Shown in pieces: positions 12,301 through 26,840 of a stretch of 64,000 bases of DNA (the stretch's first letter is position 1; every line of letters starts with the position of its first letter). The notes beneath the pieces were generated by a model. It saw only the letters and a program-made list of their open reading frames with translations. It ran no database searches and was not told where the DNA came from. The DNA is taken from positions 39,681,135-39,745,134 of the forward strand of contig JARFYF010000074.1 in assembly GCA_030265395.1 (NCBI GenBank), in the 5' to 3' direction. The position numbers were made by a program, and so were the translations under genes. Source of the DNA: Rhina ancylostomus (lineage: Eukaryota).

Positions 12301-15300
12301 TAAATTTTTGTTATGTTCATCATTTTAAATATCTTTAGCTTTGATCTATTGTGTATGAATTTTTGCCTCTATAGTAACCACTTTGTGGAAGCAAATTAGC
12401 AGCAGGTGGAAACATTCGGATTTTGTTCATCTGAGTAGGCAATTCATTGTTAATGGAGAATACTGGAAATGCTTGGTAGGTCAGGCCACATCTGTGGAAA
12501 CAGAAACAAACTTAATGTTTCAGGTTGAAGACCCTTCATCAGAACATTCATTATGTGTCTCTTTCCACAGATGCTGCCAGACCTGCTTAGTGTATTCCAA
12601 CACTTTCTGCTTTTATTTCATATTCCCAATGTGTTCAGTTTTTGTTTACTTCAAAGCCATAAGACATAGTAGCAGAATTAGTCCACTTAGCCCATCAAGT
12701 CTCTTCTGCCATTCAATCATGGATCCTCTCCAGAGCCAGCATACGATGCCCAAAATCACTCACCATATTTTCAATCCATTGTTTTTTGTTTTTTCGCAAA
12801 TCAACTTTCCTCGTTTATAATGTGAATTCTGAACCTACTGTGATTTCCTTTTATTAGCACCTGAGCTTTACTCTGAGACTTTTCTGATAACTTAGATTTC
12901 CTCAGGAGAATGGGTAATCAGTCAATATTTTGGACCTTCTCCTTTGAATTAAGTAATCTGCCCACTGCATAGATTATTACCACATGTTTTCTTGTGCAAT
13001 TGTCATCAGGACATGTGAGTTGTCTTCAGGACAATCTGTGATCAAATCTGTGCAACAAAGTATATTTGGTGCCAGTGCCATTGGACCAGCCTTAAAACTA
13101 CTGACCAATCAAACACTGCAACATCTAGACAGAAAGAAAATTCAGATCCAAAGTATGTTTATGATGTAAGTTTTATTGAAAATCAGGATTGCAATTCCAA
13201 AATGAACATGTCAAACATGTCCAAAATGTCAAACATTACAACAAACTCTGTTTGGTTGAAGGTTCTCTGAAGCACCTCTGCATATTTTGCTATCTAAATA
13301 CAAATAAGTGTTGTTGTTAACAGTCTGAGCCATGATTGTACCAATCCTAAAGTAAAATAGTTTCATTTTCATTGAAGGACAGGCATTAAAGCTTCAGCGT
13401 TTTACCATTTACACATTATATTTTATTTCCATATGTGGATTAATATATTTTAAAATAACACTTATGGTTTATGATGTACAATTTAACTTAAGACAAATTA
13501 AGCATGAGGAGTGTGGCAGGAAATGCATTACTGAACTTGCCTGATGAAACACACTTTTGTATCATTTATGAAACGGATCTGTGGAAAGGAACAGTGCCTG
13601 TCTTTATGAAAAGGTTTCGGCTGTTAACTGTCACATATTTTTAAATTATTGGTCTATGTTTTCAGAACTATTTTTAATTTAAAATTTCAATTGATCATTT
13701 ATACTTACTTGCCTAAAAACTACTAGATTCAGTTTTATGAGTTCATCCAAATACTGGTGGGCATGAGCTCCAAATGCAGAACAGTGCTGGAATGAGCATT
13801 AATTCATCAGTTCATCCCCATCCCACACTTAACTGAAGATAAAATAATGATCTGCTTTCAATGCTATTCCAACAATATCAAAGTTAACATTTAGGATTTT
13901 ACTTTTTGTTATTCTGGGTGGGGGAGTTGTGATGGGAGAGGGATGCATAAAAGATGCAGGGGATTCGTTTTAATGTGTAATGCCAATCTAGTGATGTGGA
14001 TTGATGCAGAATGATGGGAACATCCACACAGTAGTATGTCAGGAAGGTTCAAATCATCTTGTTGGTTGAGTCTCATTTAAATCTGACAGGGGAGTTCCCT
14101 GCATGTTCACAGTTTGGTGTGCTGAATTTTTTTGGGTGCAATATTTGATTGACTTGCCTTCTATTTACTGTGACCTTGCAATTCTTAAAGCAGAGGTGCT
14201 ACCACCACAAAATTTGCAGTTTGGTAAGCAAGTGTCTTCTAGCACCTCATTTTAAAGTGGAAAGGCATATGCAAAATATAGGTTACATTACTGATAGAAG
14301 TTCAATGACTACCCAGGCAGCAAAAGGACAATGATGGGTGAAACATTCAACCTCAGCAAGGTGATTTTAGGTGGTTTAGTAAATGCCTGACTGATTTCCC
14401 ATCCATTTCTAGGAAAAAATGATCTGGTTTCATTTGTATTCTGGGAGAAGATGAGGCTTATGAAGCAGTAGATTTGGGGACGTTCATTGAGATAGTGTTG
14501 GACAGCCTTGTCTCCAGGCTAATATTGCAGACAGCTGCAATTCCATCCAGCAGCTCCGCATATTCTCGCTTGCACTATGGCTGATGTTTTCCTTCAGCAT
14601 TCAGCAACAGTTGCACTTCACAGAAAAGTTATACAGAAGGCAGCCAGCTGCTGTGAGACTTGACTTTCTTTCAGGGCTGTACCATGGCCGGTCCCAGACT
14701 GGTCCAAGCATGAGAATTATTGTTAAGAGCCCTCATCGACTACACTGGTTAACCCATGGCTGGTGCTCTGCTGCATCTGAGCTATGTAGGCAGCTGTGGA
14801 ATCTAGCATCTGTCACCCAGCCCCAACATTCAAGAAGCATCACTCTTAATCAAAGATTTAAACATGGCGAGAACGGCTTTAAATTAGGCCAACACCCTTT
14901 ATTCATTCTTGGGGTTTGAGTGTTGCTGTACAGCCAGAGTTTCGTGGCTATTGCTAATTACAACTACAAGGCCTCATAAAAATAAGTTACACTGGAGTCA
15001 CATACAGATGACAGATTTCCTTGTGCTGAAGGGTGTTAATATAAAAGGATTTTAATGACATATCAGATTGTGGTCAATTTCTGTGTGAGTTCAAACTGAA
15101 ATTTAACCTTACATCCAGCTCTCTGGATTACCAGATGATGCACAAAATCATGATACTACTGTACTTTCTTTCTGTCAGAAACTGCTTTTGGGAGTAAAGC
15201 TCTCTGCTGTTCATGGTGGTTTGAGCTCAGTAGACCTGTTGGCCAGTGTACAGGAATCCTGCAAAGGGTGCAAAAGTCAAGGCCCATTCTTGGTGGAATG

Positions 15301-15344
15301 AGATGACAAAAGAAAGTCCCATGTTGTAATTTCCATATTTTTTA

Positions 15345-15655
15345 TGAAGGTCATTTGGCCCATCAAGTCCATGCCAGCTCACAAAGCAATCCCATTTCCC
15401 CCACCTATATCCCTGTACTTATTTTCTAATGTTCCCATCGTCCTCCCAGATTCTATGACTCACCACCACATTAGGTGAAATTTATAGTGGCCAATTAACC
15501 TGAAATATTGGAGGAAATTGGAACAACAAAAGGAGGCTCACACAGTCACGGGGAGAATGTGCAAACTATATGCAGACAGCACCCAAGGTCAGGATTGAAC
15601 CTGATATGTTTGCTCTGTGAGGCAGCAGCTTTACTAACTGCACAACTGTGCCGCA
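15345..15655 (-). mobile_element. HE1 / V-SINE, near full length
   Basis: tRNA-derived head with B box GGTTCAATCC on the minus strand, V-domain cacagtcacggggagaatgtgcaaact, and CR1-type tail ggcccatcaagtccatgcc. Confidence 0.8.
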
Positions 15656-16149
15656 TTGAAGTAAATGACCAGGTTTTGGGGTTTTTATAATAAAAACAGA
15701 AAATTCTCGAAATACTCATCAAGTCAGGTCGCACTGGCACTTCTAACACCAACCCCTCCCAACCTTCAACTTCCGCCTTCTCATCTCCAAAGAGCTCAAT
15801 GGTTAGATAAGGGCTGAATTCATTGTTGCCTTCTGTAAGACACTCCCCATCAAAGAAACAAACCAGGAATCTCCTAATAAGGAACAGTCAGAGAAGATGC
15901 CTCATTCCATTAGGGCCTGCTTTCTTGCCTACACTCCTTAGTTACATGTCTCAGTTACATATTTGAGGTTCAGTAAGATAGCACAAATATCAAGTGTGTT
16001 TTTCGTGATAACTAGGGTAAGTGCCCTTTGTCAGCCCAGGGAAATGCACAGTACGCATGATGCAAATTAGGTGTTCTTAATTGCATTTAACACTCAACCT
16101 TAACCCTTGATTTAATTATATAGTGATAATGAACATGGTTGAAAATCTA

Positions 16150-16260
16150 GCCCACACCTCTGACCATACTGGTCAAGATTATACACTCAGGTCTCTGAAG
16201 GGGAGTTTGAACTCAGAACTATGTGACTAAAAATAACAGCTGCTACCACTGAGCAAAAAT
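16150..16260 (-). mobile_element. SacSINE1-like head fragment
   Basis: gtctctgaaggggagtttgaactcagaact...tgctaccactgagc. Confidence 0.4.
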
Positions 16261-18072
16261 TAACACTAAAATAAATTAATGGAAGTGACATTGAGCCGGC
16301 AAGGGACACCAATTTTCCCTCCTTCTGGAAGGACCTTCACTGGTTATACCTCGTCCCCAATCAAAATGGGGGTGAGTGGGAAAGCAGTGAAGAGTGTGTG
16401 ATATTTTCTGCCTCTTTACTTACATTGTGCTACTGTCTCATTCCTTCCTGCCTAAAGTGGGAATAACTGTTTATCTGTTTAATTCTATTTCATGGTCATG
16501 TCTGTTCTATTTAAATATCTAAAGTACCAAACTCTTTCCGTGATTCATCCTGCACTGTACTATTTTTGGCTCAGTTCCAAATGTCTCTTTTTCCATTTCA
16601 TTACCCCCACCCCCTCGATCACAACCTCCCCATACACCCGTACATACACATCTGTTACCTTGCCCAAACATCAATCCACCTTCCTCCCTTATCAACTGTT
16701 CCTCTGCTTTACTATTATGATTTGAACCGGCAACTATTTTCTTGCCAAGGAATATCTTTTGGTTAACATCAGACAATGATAACTTTGATAAACTTTCCAC
16801 AGGACAAAGAAATCGTTGTGTGGTGACATCTTAATTTCAATGGCATGGGAGTTNNNNNNNNNNACAAGATTCACAAACACAATAAAAAAAATCAAAGCAT
16901 CTCCAATCAATCACCCTGCAGCAAGCTGAGAGCATTGCATGGTAAGGTTCAAGCAGATGGAAGTTGTTGGGTTGCAATTGAATTGAAACAACCCTTGGGG
17001 GATGTGGAACATTAACAGTTATTCTTATATTACAGCTTAAACCTTTCATTGTGTTTTTTTTTCAAATAGTTTCCCTTACCCTGTATACAATCTCACAGCC
17101 TTTTAAGGGAAGAAATTGTTGGGTAAAGAATGAAGTTTAAAGAGGCATCACTTTTAGTAAACTATTGACAGGTTTAGAGATATCCATGCTAGGGAATAGA
17201 TTGTTTTAACTACTTTATCTATGTATTCCTATACTCTGGCAGACCAATGGGCTTTCAGTTCAGGTCAGCATTACACCACCACTGTGACTCTCTCTCCTTT
17301 CTGTACAAGCCAAATACTCCCAAATCCTGAATACATTTGAACTGGAAAAGTGCCCAGCTGCAGGTAGGTTGGGATCACTGGATATTATTCATGCAGGACC
17401 CCGAATATAATTTTCAAGAGCAAATGAACCCCCTCCTTCTGTCTTGCTTGAACTGAAAACCACATCCCTGTAAGCGTAATAATTTGGGAAAGATCTTCCA
17501 ATGATCAGCAAGCCACCTCAGGTCACCAGTCACACATAATTATTGAGAAAATTATTTTGTCCCTCATGCCCCCCAACCCATTATTCTGGCAAGTGGGCAG
17601 GGTTTTATGACAATATGGTGACCTGCCCTGAGCCCAGCACATAGATGCAATCACAAGGAAGGCATGGCTGTGTCTTCACTTTCTTAGGTTAAGGAGATTT
17701 GGCATGTCACCAAACACTCTNNNNNNNNNNNNNNNNNNNNNNNNNNNNNNNNNNNNNNNNNNNNNNNNNNNNNNNNNNNNNNNNNNNNNNNNNNNNNNNN
17801 NNNNNNNNNNNNNNNNNNNNNNNNNNNNNNNNNNNNNNNNNNNNNNNNNNNNNNNNNNNNNNNNNNNNNNNNNNNNNNNNNNNNNNNNNNNNNNNNNNNN
17901 NNNNNNNNNNNNNNNNNNNNNNNNNNNNNNNNNNNNNNNNNNNNNNNNNNNNNNNNNNNNNNNNNNNNNNNNNNNNNNNNNNNNNNNNNNNNNNNNNNNN
18001 NNNNNNNNNNNNNNNNNNNNNNNNNNNNNNNNNNNNNNNNNNNNNNNNNNNNNNNNNNNNNNNNNNNNNNNN

Positions 18073-18330
18073 CCACTTTGACCACTTTACATCACAATAG
18101 ACTTTGTTTTTTTTCAGATTGTTTTCTTTCATGGAAAAATTTCGTATAATTTATGTTTCATTTATGTTTTTCTTGGAAATGTTGTATATCTGATGCTGTG
18201 TGCCTGTGATGTTGCTGCAAGTAAGTTTTTCATTGTGTATTCATTATTTTTCATTCATTTTTGAAAGTTTTTCATTATTCACTTGTGTATACATGTAGTT
18301 GTGCATAATGACAATAAACTTGACTTTGAC
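18073..18330 (+). mobile_element. Rex1-type LINE 3' UTR and tail
   Basis: gctgcaagtaagtttttcattg...tgacaataaacttgactttgac, following an N-gap. Confidence 0.5.
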
Positions 18331-18579
18331 TATATGGCTGGCTGCCCCACCCCCCCACCACTACATAGTTTCATCAGCACCAGAAGAGAAGACTTGGGAG
18401 AGGCTGGATTTCAGTAAGATCTGGTGGAGCATTGAAAGGAAAACTTGTGGTCCCATATGACATTGATGTGAGATGCCTATTTTCTCATAAAGCACTCTGG
18501 TTACTTGAAATACTGTTGTGTAAGCACCAGCTGCTATACTTGCTCCCCTGGTGAATGTCCAACCCGTCCCCCCTACCTC

Positions 18580-18785
18580 ATGGCACCAAATGCCAGGCCT
18601 GGGACCAAGTGATGTCAGATTTGGGCACCAGAGAGCAGGCTGGACCCCAGGACTGTCCTGGGCATCAAGGATTAGCTGGGACTGGGCACCAGTGACCAGC
18701 CTGAACCAGGCACCTTCCTGGGTCTGGGCATCAGAGACCTACCTGAACCTGGACACAAGAGACAACCCCAGGACTGGACTGGCCT
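18580..18785. repeat. Degenerate GC-rich minisatellite, unit about 20 bp (ctgggcaccagagaccagcctg-like)
   Basis: Recurrent ctgggcacca / ctgggcatca / ccaggactg motifs. Confidence 0.55.
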
Positions 18786-19464
18786 TCCAAGTGCACTAAC
18801 TGCAATTTCAAAGAGTTTCTTTGAAGAGCTGTCTCAGGCATGATGGTCTGCAGGTTATTTGTATTGTTTGGCCTCCCTCCTGGATTTAATCCTTGTTGGA
18901 GACAAGCACACATCCACGAACTTCAAAGATTCCTAAATGAAGCTGAACTGTGAAAGTTTTTACGGATGGATGGGAAGAAAGTATGTCCAGCATCCAGTCT
19001 TTGAGAAGTGGGAAATATATAAAATTAGCATTTGAACATCTAGTTTTTCGAGAACAAAAACCTTGCATTTATTTTTTTTGTTCTGAAGGGCTTGAGCTTT
19101 GGTTTAATAGATAATGGTCAGATTTAAGGAGCACATAACTGACAATCTTGTATGATATTTTGTTTTTCATTATTTATTTAATATTATTTCAAGAAATTAT
19201 AAGCAACAGCTTGGCTTATTGAACCCGTGATGCTCCTAAGACCTTCGGTAATATGGCGTGGCTTGCTGTGTCCCTATACAGAACAAATACCATGTATAAA
19301 CCAACCACAACAAACCATTGCCACAATCTGTCCCTTATTGTTGGAATACAACATTGACTTCCCCAGCCTGGAGGATGCTAAAGTTCAGGAAAAGATAGGA
19401 TATCTGGAGTGCTGAGAAAGCTGGAGGAGAAGGCAACGGGGTATCAGATTGTCAAAGGATAACG

Positions 19465-19660
19465 CATCTTGGAATGGCCTGGCAGGGTAGTGGTGGAACT
19501 AGATACGATAATGCCGTTTGAGATAGACACATGGATATGCAGGGAATGGAGGGATATGGATCATATACAGGCATTAAAGATTTAGTTTAATTTTGCATCA
19601 TGTTCAGCACAGACATCATGGACCAAAGGGCCTGTTCCTGAGCTTTATTGGTCTATGTTT
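19465..19660 (+). mobile_element. CR1/HER1 LINE 3' end
   Basis: gcagggaatggagggatatgga...cagacatcatggaccaaagggcctgttcctg...ctatgtt. Confidence 0.75.
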
Positions 19661-20339
19661 GATGCTCAATATTCCGTGCTCTATATCTTTGCGTCCAGTA
19701 CCATTTCATTTTCTGCTTTGTTTGGTTTGTGCTGGTAGCAGTGACTGAGCCCGTTAGCACTTTGTGGCAATGGTCACTTTTGAAGGATATCTGTTGAAGA
19801 TATCAGAACTGAACTTTTTCATCAGTAAATGCAGATTAATGAAGATATTGGTTAAACTTCCATTGTATTTTGAAGAACAGTTGATGCGGTAAATGTGTTG
19901 CTCAAACAGTAAAAAGTGTTTCCAATCAGCCCGTAACCCTTGAAACACTCTTAAGCCACATCAACCTGCATATCCAGGAGCTGAATTGAAATTGGTCTGG
20001 GTGGAATGAAATTCTTCTTAGTGTCCAGTGGAAGAATCACACCAGAACTAACACTCAATTCCTCATACCAATGTGCATCCATAATGTAAATTATAGTAAC
20101 TTATAGGATAGTATATATTTACTAGTCATATATTTACCCACGTGAGGCTTGACAAAGCATGGATAATTGCCAGTGGCCTTCGATGAAATGTCCCATTAAT
20201 TATACAACTCCAATCAAACAGAAGAAGAAAGACCATGGAAGTTGATATTTTCCTGGTTTCCGGGACAGATGAAATCAGGCTTCTCAACTCTGATGATACT
20301 GAATTGTTCATTAGGAAACAAAATTAAGGACACAATCAG

Positions 20340-21095
20340 AATTTAGCCTGGATGGTGGGGACATTTTTACAAACAATGATCTGGGCAGAATTAACAGTCA
20401 CACGGATTATAAAGATAGCCTTTATGGATTTGTTCAAAGCAAGTACAATCTAACTAGCTAGCATTTTTATGAAGTAACAGAGAGGGGGCTGTTGAATAAA
20501 GTGCAGTTGATATGGTATGTACTGACTTCCAAATAGTGTCTGGTGAAGTGCTTTATAATAGAATTGTCATTGAGATTAAAGACCATGGAATAAAATGGGC
20601 AGTAGCATACGAATAGAAAGTTAGCTAAATAATTGAAAGCAGCGAATCGCAATGATCAGACCGGAGGGTGGATGAGGAACTTTAGCTACGTGGATAGACT
20701 GGAGAAGCTGAGGTTGTTCTCACAACAGAGGAGGCTTTAAGGGGATCTAATAGAGGTATTCGATATTATGAAGGGTAGATTGAGTGAAACTATTCCCATT
20801 AGCAGAAGCGTCAAGAACCAGGGGACAAGAATGAAGAATCGCAGAGCATGAAGGTGATTGACAAAAGAATCAAAACTAACATGAGAACTTTTTTAAGCAG
20901 TGCATAGTTAGAGTCTGGAGTAGTAGCAGATGCAGATTCAATTGTAGTGTTCAAAAGAGAACTGGGTAGGTATCTGAAAGAATTTGAGGAGAGAGGGCAG
21001 GAGAGTGGGACTAGCTCAATCGCATTTACATTGAGTTGATATAAACCAGACAGGCTGAATAGCCTTCTTCTTACTGTACATCTTCTGTAATTCTG
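20340..21095 (+). mobile_element. CR1 LINE fragments (RT region and 3' part)
   Basis: agcattttta-tgaagtaac, gacttccaaa, agactggagaagctgaggttgttctc, ggggatctaatagagg. Confidence 0.6.
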
Positions 21096-21439
21096 AAGCT
21101 ATTNNNNNNNNGCAAACTGTGCATTGGAGCCCAAGACCTCCAAAGCTACAATCCGAGAAGTTTCTCCTGAGATTGGAATGTGTGCAGCTGCAGCTCCTGC
21201 TTGAGATCTCACTGGAGCTGTCACATGCTCCAAGATAGACAGCACTGCATGCAACCAGTCGTTAGTGACTGGACAGATCAGGCTATTGAGCTTCCCCATG
21301 CCCTCAGTTAGATTTGCATGTCCTTAAATGACTCCTGAGAGTGGCAGTTTTAATCGTCCTTTCTAAACCTGCTCTGTGATTTCAGAATCACAGGCACTGC
21401 AGAGACACACAAACAATGCTGATCATTAGATATCTGCTC

Positions 21440-21960
21440 TAATCACATGCTCCCCCTCACCCTGAACTGAGACATCTTTGGTGCTACGTCCTCTATTGCA
21501 ATACTCTTTTCCTCTGGGGTTTTTAAGGATTGAACTGATATTTGACAAAGATAATGAGAATGACCTAGGGTTTTGTGAGGTGTTGACTTGCTTTGGGACA
21601 CTCCACTGGCAGATTCTTCTTGACATAAAAAAAGATAGTAATCAATCAAAGTGGATGCCATTCCTCCAACAATCCTCATGTTCCAGTACACCATAGGGAT
21701 GATATTTTCACCTAGTGTAGCATGACGTAACAGTAAGGAAGAAAAGGACAAATCTAGGGTTATGGCAGGACTATGTGCTCACTTCTAGCTCCTTCCTTAA
21801 TAGTGTCACAGTTACAGCTAACCAAGATGATCCCTTGAAACATTTGTAACACTTGGATTGCTGAAACAAGGGCCAGAAGGTTCTATTGACACTGCAGCCC
21901 ATTTGCTTATCCTCCTGTAAGGACGGCATGTGGATGCCTACCATACCAAGAGTAACTACT
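21440..21960 (+). mobile_element. Old CR1/L2-group LINE RT fragment
   Basis: Degenerate GVT...AETRARR (VATRAGQRL-like). Related fragments at 23780-23955 (-) and 41500-41770 (-). Confidence 0.35.
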
Positions 21961-24900
21961 GGCAGCCATTTGATGACATGCTCCATTATCATTACACTGC
22001 GGGCATCTCAACGGCAAAACTGATAGCAAGAGTCAATGAATTCACAAATAAGGAAGGCTGTGGTAATCAACATTTGTCCAGTTTCCAGAAAAGATAAAGA
22101 CAGACCTCTGTACCATAATCATTAGGAACAATATTAGAGACAAAATTAAAATTTAACTCTTAAGTTATGCTGCAAGCTCAACACTTGGATTGTAGCCAAA
22201 GACTTCCAAAGCTACAATCTTAGACATTTGTACCAAGAGCTTGTGCCAATGAAGCTCCTGGTGACATGGACAGAGACACTCTTCGTTTATCAAGGGCTTT
22301 TATTAACAAGCAATTTTAAGCTCCTGCATTCATTTATTTTAGTTATTGCTTCTATTTCTCCACTGCTTCACTACAGCCTTACACAAGTATTTGAAGAGAT
22401 GTTTCACTTCAAACAGGACTGCATTTGTATGTCAGGGTTTCCAAAACTCTTCAAGGTCAACAAATTAGTATTGTGTAGTCAGAGTTAGTTTGCTAAGCAG
22501 TCAAATCCCACAAGCTCCATATACATTAGTCAGGGAACCAACTAAGTTTGCTGATCTTTTTCAAATTGGTACAACGGGGTGAAGGAATGGAAGTTTATCA
22601 TTTCATCTGAAAGATTACATCTTTAATAATGTAACATTCTTGAAATGCCACAAGGGACGGAGTGCTCAGCGCCTTCTTAGTAATTCTTCAGATAATTCAG
22701 CACAGAATGATTCTCAGGTAGTCATGTTACAGTTGTGAAAAGTGTTTTTTTCTTCAAACTGGTCATGTGCCTCATAATCTGAAATACTTGCTGCAAAAAA
22801 CTGGAGTCTTTTTGAGACGGTGTGTTTCTGCCCAACATGAGAAATTATTCCACTTCTGCACCTCATATCACAACTTACAACCTGTGTTTGTCCCCTTTGT
22901 TCAACCAGCTTCAGCTCTGCAGCAAAATCTTGGCTTTCTCTTCCCTGTATAAATGCAAGACTCCATCGGATGCTCTGCTTGATCATTCTCACTGACATTT
23001 CATTTGACAACTCGCAGCACAACCAAGAAATTGAACTGTTTACATCCTCAACTAAAAACTGTGAAACTCTGTGTTAGTGGGCAAATGGAACTTCTCCCGA
23101 ATAACCACATGAAACCACAATGACCAGTGGTTAAAACAATAAATGATATTTATTAACATTGCAACACTTAGATCACATTTTTACTGTCAGAATTAATTGA
23201 GTAATACAAGATAGATTTACAGACTGTGTTCATTATCATGTTATTTTAGCTTTTACCTTCTTTATTTTTCCTTGCTTTTTTCTGGTTTTAATTAGAGCTC
23301 CCTAAACAGTAAATGGACACAGACTTGTGCCACCCAAATCTCTTGTTAATTCTGTTCTTGAGTCAACATGCATAAGGACAAATTGCAATCATGCCACTGG
23401 CTCTTCTAACTGTACCCGAGCTTCAGAGTGAGGAATCATATGCTGAGAAAATATAAGTGAATGTCCTTGATTAATCACATCAGTCTGTTGTTGACGTCAA
23501 CCAAGTTACAACAACAAGCTGCAAATAAAGCTCCAGCACTTCACTAAATTTTAAGGAAGGGGGAGGTTGGAATAGGATGGTGTGCATTAACTGAGAGGAA
23601 GGATGTTCAGCATTGGGCTCAAGTCCAACATTGGCAGTTCTCTTGGCTATAATCGGTATATGGTCTAGAGTCAGTACATGCTCTGGAGTCAGTATATGGC
23701 CTGGAGAGATCTGAAAAGAATGGGAAAAAATAATAAGGAAAAAATTAGATTGTTACAAGAAAAATGCATGATATGAATTTGCTCCTGTTTTCCTGATTCT
23801 GTAGTCAAAATTGAGAAGGACCTTTGCAGTAAATCATTGGAACAAGCACAATAACTCCAAGCGCTGGTATGCTCCATCAGGTGGTACATTATTGTGTCTG
23901 TCAGTGTTCTAAGTATTGAGGTTATTCTTCCCAGTGCTTTCTGATATTTTTCCAACTATCTGCTGCTAGCACATTCAGAGTTATTTCCAAGTACCCAATG
24001 TTCATACCCTAAAAATATGTTTTGGCTTAGCTTCTGATACAACAGCTGTTTTAAATGTATTGCATGAAGATCTTTCCCACACGGTTCTGCAATTTCAGTC
24101 ACTAGACTTTCCCAGAATTGCATGAGAATTAGCTTTGTTAAAATCTTTTACATCAAACTTAGATCACAGTGATTTTAAATGAGCCATTAGCTCTGTACCA
24201 AGTGGAAAATGTTCCATTAAAGAGTTCAGTTTACCCTGCATGGACAACTACATGGAATTTAATAATACACTGATTTTATCAGTATCATAAAACAAAGTAA
24301 TTTCTTTTGGCTTTGCCAATGAAGAAAAGAACAGGCATCGAGAATTAAAGCTGTCCTGCACAGTAGGAAACAATTTCAAGTTATATTATGGAAAGCAAAG
24401 TTTATTTTGTTTACATAAGGTAAATCAGTGAGCAAATTAATATACATACTAGCTACAGCAAAATAATATCATAGAGAGGTTCAGAATTACATACCTCCTA
24501 GTTCGTACCAATGAATTGTGTTATTCTTTCATATATTGGCTGGAAGAAACACTTATTGCTTCCCATGGGTAAAAAAAACATACCAGAAAATAGCCTCGAA
24601 CATTTCCGTAGGCATTGCCAATTCTGTTTATGCTTTGAAAAACAACACTGTCATATGAGATCCAGCTACTCAAATAATTCTGTAGTCACTGTTGTGGAAA
24701 AATGTGTTCTGATGAATGTTAGATTGTGATTCTCTAATTTATAATACACAGGAGGCACAATCTGGGAAACTGTCAAATGCTGAAACCTTACATCAATTAT
24801 GAAAATTTTCCTCATGAAATGCAATAAATTCCACATCCTATTACACTTCCTCATTTTGTCTAGAAATTGTTGCAGGAAAAGAAGGAGATTTTACTAATAG

Positions 24901-26174
24901 TTCCAAATATATCATTGCATCACATGTAGGAAACAATGATTCTTTTCAGAAAAAGAACATGTACAAAGCTTTAAAATCAGACAAAATGTATCCAAAACTG
25001 TATTAGAGGATAATCTATGATGAAAGTATGTGTAATCTGATTATAGTCAAAATAGGATATCATAAAGACTACACTTATTTCAAATTAACAGCAACAGTAA
25101 CCATAAGAACTGACAGATGCTTTCACAATCAGCCAGTGTGTCAGCAAGATATAGATTTGTATCATGGTCTATACTGCATTAGCTGATCTTGGATGGGCTA
25201 ATGCTAGCAGTCTTAATACTGGTTTCCCAGCTTCTGAACTTATATGAGTAAAATTAAACATTGATTGGTGTTCCTCTTAATTGATGAGTGCTGAAAATTG
25301 ATCATACTGTGTATTCAGTGATGTTTATTGATATTTCATACTGAAAGCATCAAAGCCTCGTCAATTCATTTAGTTCCTTAATTTTGGGTATGTTCTCTCA
25401 ACATGCATCCAAAGGAAAGGGTTGTAATTGTTCAAATTCATTTTAAACTGGAGTCATTAAAGGCAAAAACTGTTTGCAATACTACCTGATTAGAACTATT
25501 GGTATTAATAAATAGTTTGTTTAGTATTATCAATTTAATTCACTATTTATTCTCACATACCTTATTCTATAAAACTTCTCTTTAGCTTCTAGTACTTTGT
25601 AAAGCATTCACAGCCTGTGCTACCTACTTCATTTAAACAGGTTTATTGTGTTTTAGATATGGTTTATAAATCATAAACAAATAATGTTCTGAAATTATTA
25701 TTTTCATCTCAGTTAATGCTTTTCTCCATTTAATAAAGTTTATTATTGTCCTCACCATAAACATAAAAGTAAAGCAGGTTTCCAACAGTTTTGTGTCCAC
25801 TTAATTGCAAAATGCTTTCAACAGAAACTACAATATTGCTTTACTTCCTAAATTTTAGTCCTGATTTTCTACATCTATTTCAGAATTTTATTTTAAAAAT
25901 TCTATTCAATTATTGGATGATTACTTGGATGAGATAATCCATCCCTACAGTAAAGTAGATGTGAGGGTGTCAAAGCTTTGATCTTGAAATCTATTCTGAT
26001 CAAATAATTTCTGATTGCCTCTCCAAAAATAATGCCAATGTTTCTCAATACAGCTTGCATCTCTCACCACTGTTACTGATTTTTTTATTATTTCAGATTC
26101 ATGTGACTGGGTCACTAAATGAGATTAACCAAAAAGAGCTTCATTGATATAGAATCTCCTGTGTACTCATGATA

Positions 26175-26365
26175 TCATGAAGCACTTTACAACCAATTAA
26201 GTAGGATCACTGTTGCAATGCTGGAAACACAGCAAATCCATTAATGTACGGAAAGATGCCATCAACAACAATGAAATAAATGATCAAATGATTTATTTTA
26301 CTTAAGTAGTTTAACAAAAATGGTGTCCTGGAGAACTTACCTGCTGTTTTTCAAATAGTATGGTA
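26175..26365 (-). mobile_element. Deu-domain SINE 3' part
   Basis: agcactttacaaccaat...cactgttgcaatgctggaaacacagc...gagaacttacctgctgtttttcaaatag. Confidence 0.55.
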
Positions 26366-26399
26366 ACATTTTTAAGGAGTGTAAAGAGAACAACTGGTG

Positions 26400-26840
26400 T
26401 GAAACAGCCAACACTGAGGAGGACATCACAAAGTTACATTGGAGAGGATACATAATTTACAAGGATTTTACCAGAAATGGCAAGCTATAACACATCAGGA
26501 AAGGATGAGCAAGTTGTGTCTCTTTTCTCTTGAAAATGAAGGCTGGGGGTATATCCTCGTGGAGGTCTTGATACTGATGAAAGGTTTTGATAGAGTTCAC
26601 ACAGAGACAGGACACAGACTTCCATGTCAAGAAAAGCAAAATTAGAACCCATCAATGCAAGATAGTCACCAGGAAATACAAAAAGGAAAGTTAGAAGAAA
26701 GCTCTGCAGCCAGAAAGTGTCAGGAAGCTGGAACTTGCTACCATAGGTAATGGTTGTAGCAAATAATATTAATGCATTTAAGGGTCTGCCTGTGAAAGGA
26801 TAAGGAGATAAAAAGTTATGTTCATAGAGTTAGATGAGGA
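26400..26840 (+). mobile_element. CR1 LINE 3' ORF fragment
   Basis: MERIHN...QERMSKLCLFSLE...LVEVLILMKGFDRV. Confidence 0.65.

Noticed and set aside
15560-15655. tRNA-like A/B boxes
   Set aside because: Head of an HE1 SINE, not a tRNA gene
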